A DNA stretch of 64,000 nt from Octopus sinensis (taxonomy: Eukaryota): positions 57,102,001 to 57,166,000 of the forward strand of contig NC_043010.1 in the NCBI RefSeq assembly GCF_006345805.1, in the 5' to 3' direction. A program made the position numbers and the translations under genes. Numbering within the stretch: position 1 is the stretch's first letter; every line of letters starts with the position of its first letter. The notes below the pieces were generated by a model, which was not told where the DNA came from, ran no database searches, and saw nothing but the letters and a program-made list of their open reading frames with translations. Shown one piece after another: positions 60,996-64,000 of this stretch.

Positions 60996-63589
60996 GAATA
61001 TTTTTTGCTTGTATACCAAGAATAGTAAACGTTAGCTGGCTTCAAAGCAGTTTCATGCATCTTAGGCTAAAATGTGTAGATCCCTGACCAAGGCAAGGAT
61101 AATAGATTGCTCAACTGAACACAAGAATCACAGACTTCTGATTCTAGTCTGGCATATACTTTTGGTTAGATCAACTCACATTACCATAGAATGTGATACT
61201 GATGGTGATGATTGATGATGGTCAGGACAAAGAAGATGATAGTGGTGGTGGTGGCCTTGTTGATAGTGGCTTGCAACATCTAGATGTTAATCCAAGTTAA
61301 TCTTGATTGATCAACTATGTGGCAGGTGCTCAGTCTTCTTTTTTTAGAAATCTCGTTACAGGATTATTCTAAGCATTTCTGAAGACCTGACTTTTAGGAC
61401 CGCATCCTCATGTCTTACTCTTCATCGACTCAGTTACATAACTAGCAGCTATTCAGTCAAATTTCAATTCGATTTAGTTATTTAATCATTAACTGTGTAA
61501 TAATTCCTTCTCAGCCATATGGCAATCGATTTAATCTATTTAGAAAAAAAAAATATTCTGAAATTAATTCTCCAAAGAATTTGAGTTTTCATTCATCTAA
61601 TTAATTTTTTTTTTTTTTGTATTATTTAATAGTCTTTCAAAACTGGTGTTCAAAATATTTTCTCATCAGCAGAAGATTATCTTTAAACTGTGTTTTGGAA
61701 AATGTTAAAAATATAAGAAAATTTGTTGCAAGAATTTTTTACAATATTAAATTTTTATTTTCGAAAGCATTATTTTCAAAATAAAACACTTTTTGCAAGT
61801 GAACATGTGTCTGTGAAGATATTTGTCTGTCTGTTGATCAACACACTGCATTGGCTGTTATCTAATAGATTTAGAGCCAATGAGGTTCCAGACATCCTTT
61901 TTTTCAGACTTGGTGGAACTATGACTTCATTAAGCAATGTGGTAGGATAAGATTTCAGAAATTTGATTGCTATTTTCAGCAGGTTGAGCAGCCATGAAAA
62001 GGCTTGCTTAATGGCCGGATGTTTGTTGTGGCGGGAAAGGAAATATCTTGTGACTTTGATTTTTCAAAGTTAATGTGTCATTACAATTAATTTGCAAATC
62101 TTTGTTGTTTCTCTCCAAACCTGTCACTGAATCAATATCAAAAAATATTGGATTGATTTCATTATAATCTCTCCTTACATCTCTAGAATTAAGGAGAAGG
62201 TCATTGACTAAACTCTCCATTGACATCTCACATACCTATTCCCAGCCCCTCTTTTGTATTGTCATTTTGGAGGGAAACTTTGATGATACTCCTAGAAATG
62301 TTGTGGTTTAACCCTTTGAAAATGAAACCAACTGATTCTTTGACACCAAAGTCTCATTTTCATAAGAAGAAGGGCATATTTTTTCTCAAAATCTGTAAAA
62401 ATATATCTGACTTTAATAAACAAATATTTTATTCTGCAATGCTTTGTTCAATCCATTTGTTCTTAGAATTCCAATTCCATTCAAATGATTAGTAAAAAAA
62501 AAAAAAGACAAACAAAAGATCCTTTGAGTCTTTTTCTTTCAGGATTCAAATGTGAAAGACAATGTGGTTTTATTGGAATCTGAAGAAGTTATTGCAACTG
62601 AGAGATGTTAAATGTCTCAAGCAATAAAATTTTCTCTCAACAAAAAGCTAAAGATAAAAAAATACTACTTGTTCTGTTGATTAAATCAAATATAACTGTT
62701 TTTAATCAGTCAGTATCAATTAAAATAACCTAATATCTTCATTATAATCAGCAGAACAATTAGTATTCTCCTTCTTTTTAATGAATGAGATTAGAAAACA
62801 AAACAAACAAAAACAGTCAAATTTGCCCCCCAACTTCACCTTTGACCTCTCATCAACAACAAAATGTCTTCTAGTTTCTCCATTCCTTCAACAGCTTCCA
62901 CTTCTCCAAAACTAATTGCTTTATTCTGCTCATATTTACAACACCAGATCTTCGTTTTTAGTTTCCACTGCAAAACATTTCGATTAACCTTTGCTATCTA
63001 AAACTGCATCAAAATGAATATTTTTCCATTTTATATTTATTAATTGGTCCAAAGAAAAGGAACAAAGACCAAAGCCTTTTGGGATTTTCCTGTGAATAAG
63101 GAGAGTGGGTGGGGCTCATATTGTTAATGTAGGTTTTTTCTTATAATTGAGTTTCTTTTTATTAATCTAGTTTTACAAAATTAAATTAGAAAATTGGACA
63201 AAACAGAGAAAAAACTACTGAAAAAATTAAAACGGAAAAAAAGAGAAAAAAACCTAAAACAATGTAGGTTAGTTGTAGAAGATGATACAAGGATGAGAAG
63301 GGAATGCCGGAAGAACATAGGTCTGGGGAAGAAGAAGTGAATTCATGTCAAATAATGGGGTGGAGGAAAGTGAGACACTCAAAGAATGATAAGAAAAACA
63401 AGGACTCTGATTTATGTCAGGTTATCAAAGATTGTAAAGTTTAGCAATTCAGGTGTGGAAAGGGTGGTATTTGTGTTGCTTGAGGTCAGCAAGAAGATTG
63501 TGTTGTGCACTTGCTTTGTGTGGAGATGTTTGATTCCTGAGTTTTGTTTTGACTGGGTTTTCTGAATGTGATTGTAGGAGAGTTCAAGG

Positions 63590-64000
63590 TTTCTTATCAT
63601 TGAGTGGGGCTCATGTCTGGAATGAAATGTTAGGGTTACGTAAAGCTGTGACCTGTGAGAAGACAACACGGAAGTTGTTGTTTAGGCCTAAATATCACAT
63701 GGCTACCCAGTCTTCTTTATTTCCACATTTCTAAGCATTGTGTGTTGTGCTTGAGGGGATCCATCAAGCCAAATGAAATCATAATCATGGTAAGCGGCAC
63801 CTTTCGAGTGTTGGGCCTCATGGAGGCAAAGTGGCTGAGTTCCTTTTGAGTGTTGGTCCTCACGAAGGTATTTGACACTGACTTTAGGCATTATGTCTTG
63901 CTTGAGAAGAAGACCCATCAAGCTGAGCTAAATTGCAGTCATGGCAGATATCGGTATCACACAAATGGCACATAAAAGCATCCTGGTGTTACGCAAATGG
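63590..64000 (+). mobile_element. Old RTE-related 3' end, cut by the window edge
   Basis: gcttgagaagaagaccc and ggcacataaaagcatc motifs resemble the RTE 3' UTR at 10300-10400. Confidence 0.45.

Noticed and set aside
62008-62390. Protein-like minus ORF MESLVNDLLLNSRDV...
   Set aside because: The upstream extension in frame has TAA and TAG, with no usable acceptor in phase and no recognisable domain.

Overview
AT-rich eukaryotic (animal) genomic DNA, very dense in microsatellites, SINEs, LINE fragments and DNA transposons. The repeat families look like those I recall from octopus (coleoid cephalopod) genomes; this assignment is inference. Two intron-containing genes that the ORF track mostly misses can be assembled by hand. 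(1) A minus-strand 5-exon gene (11302->3960) encodes a signal peptide, a PAN/Apple domain and a second conserved-looking domain; all splice phases fit, but exon 4 has two in-frame TGA codons. (2) A plus-strand 6-exon micro-exon gene (21169-30396; 201 coding nt, all introns phase 1) encodes a 66-aa secreted His-rich peptide. A 10-kb array of a 44-bp satellite (31181-41260, about 230 copies) matches 41/44 nt of the C-terminal coding segment of an RTE LINE in the same window; it abuts a Penelope GIY-YIG remnant and carries a recurrent quasi-palindrome-corrected variant. The giant minus-strand ORFs there are a by-product of the repeat. Also present: an apparently intact minimal type I hammerhead ribozyme (17364-17404, minus) with decayed relatives, several long fold-back repeats, RTE/R4-Dong/CR1/Penelope LINE remnants, Helitron, mariner and Chapaev3-like DNA transposons, and several tRNA-derived SINE families.
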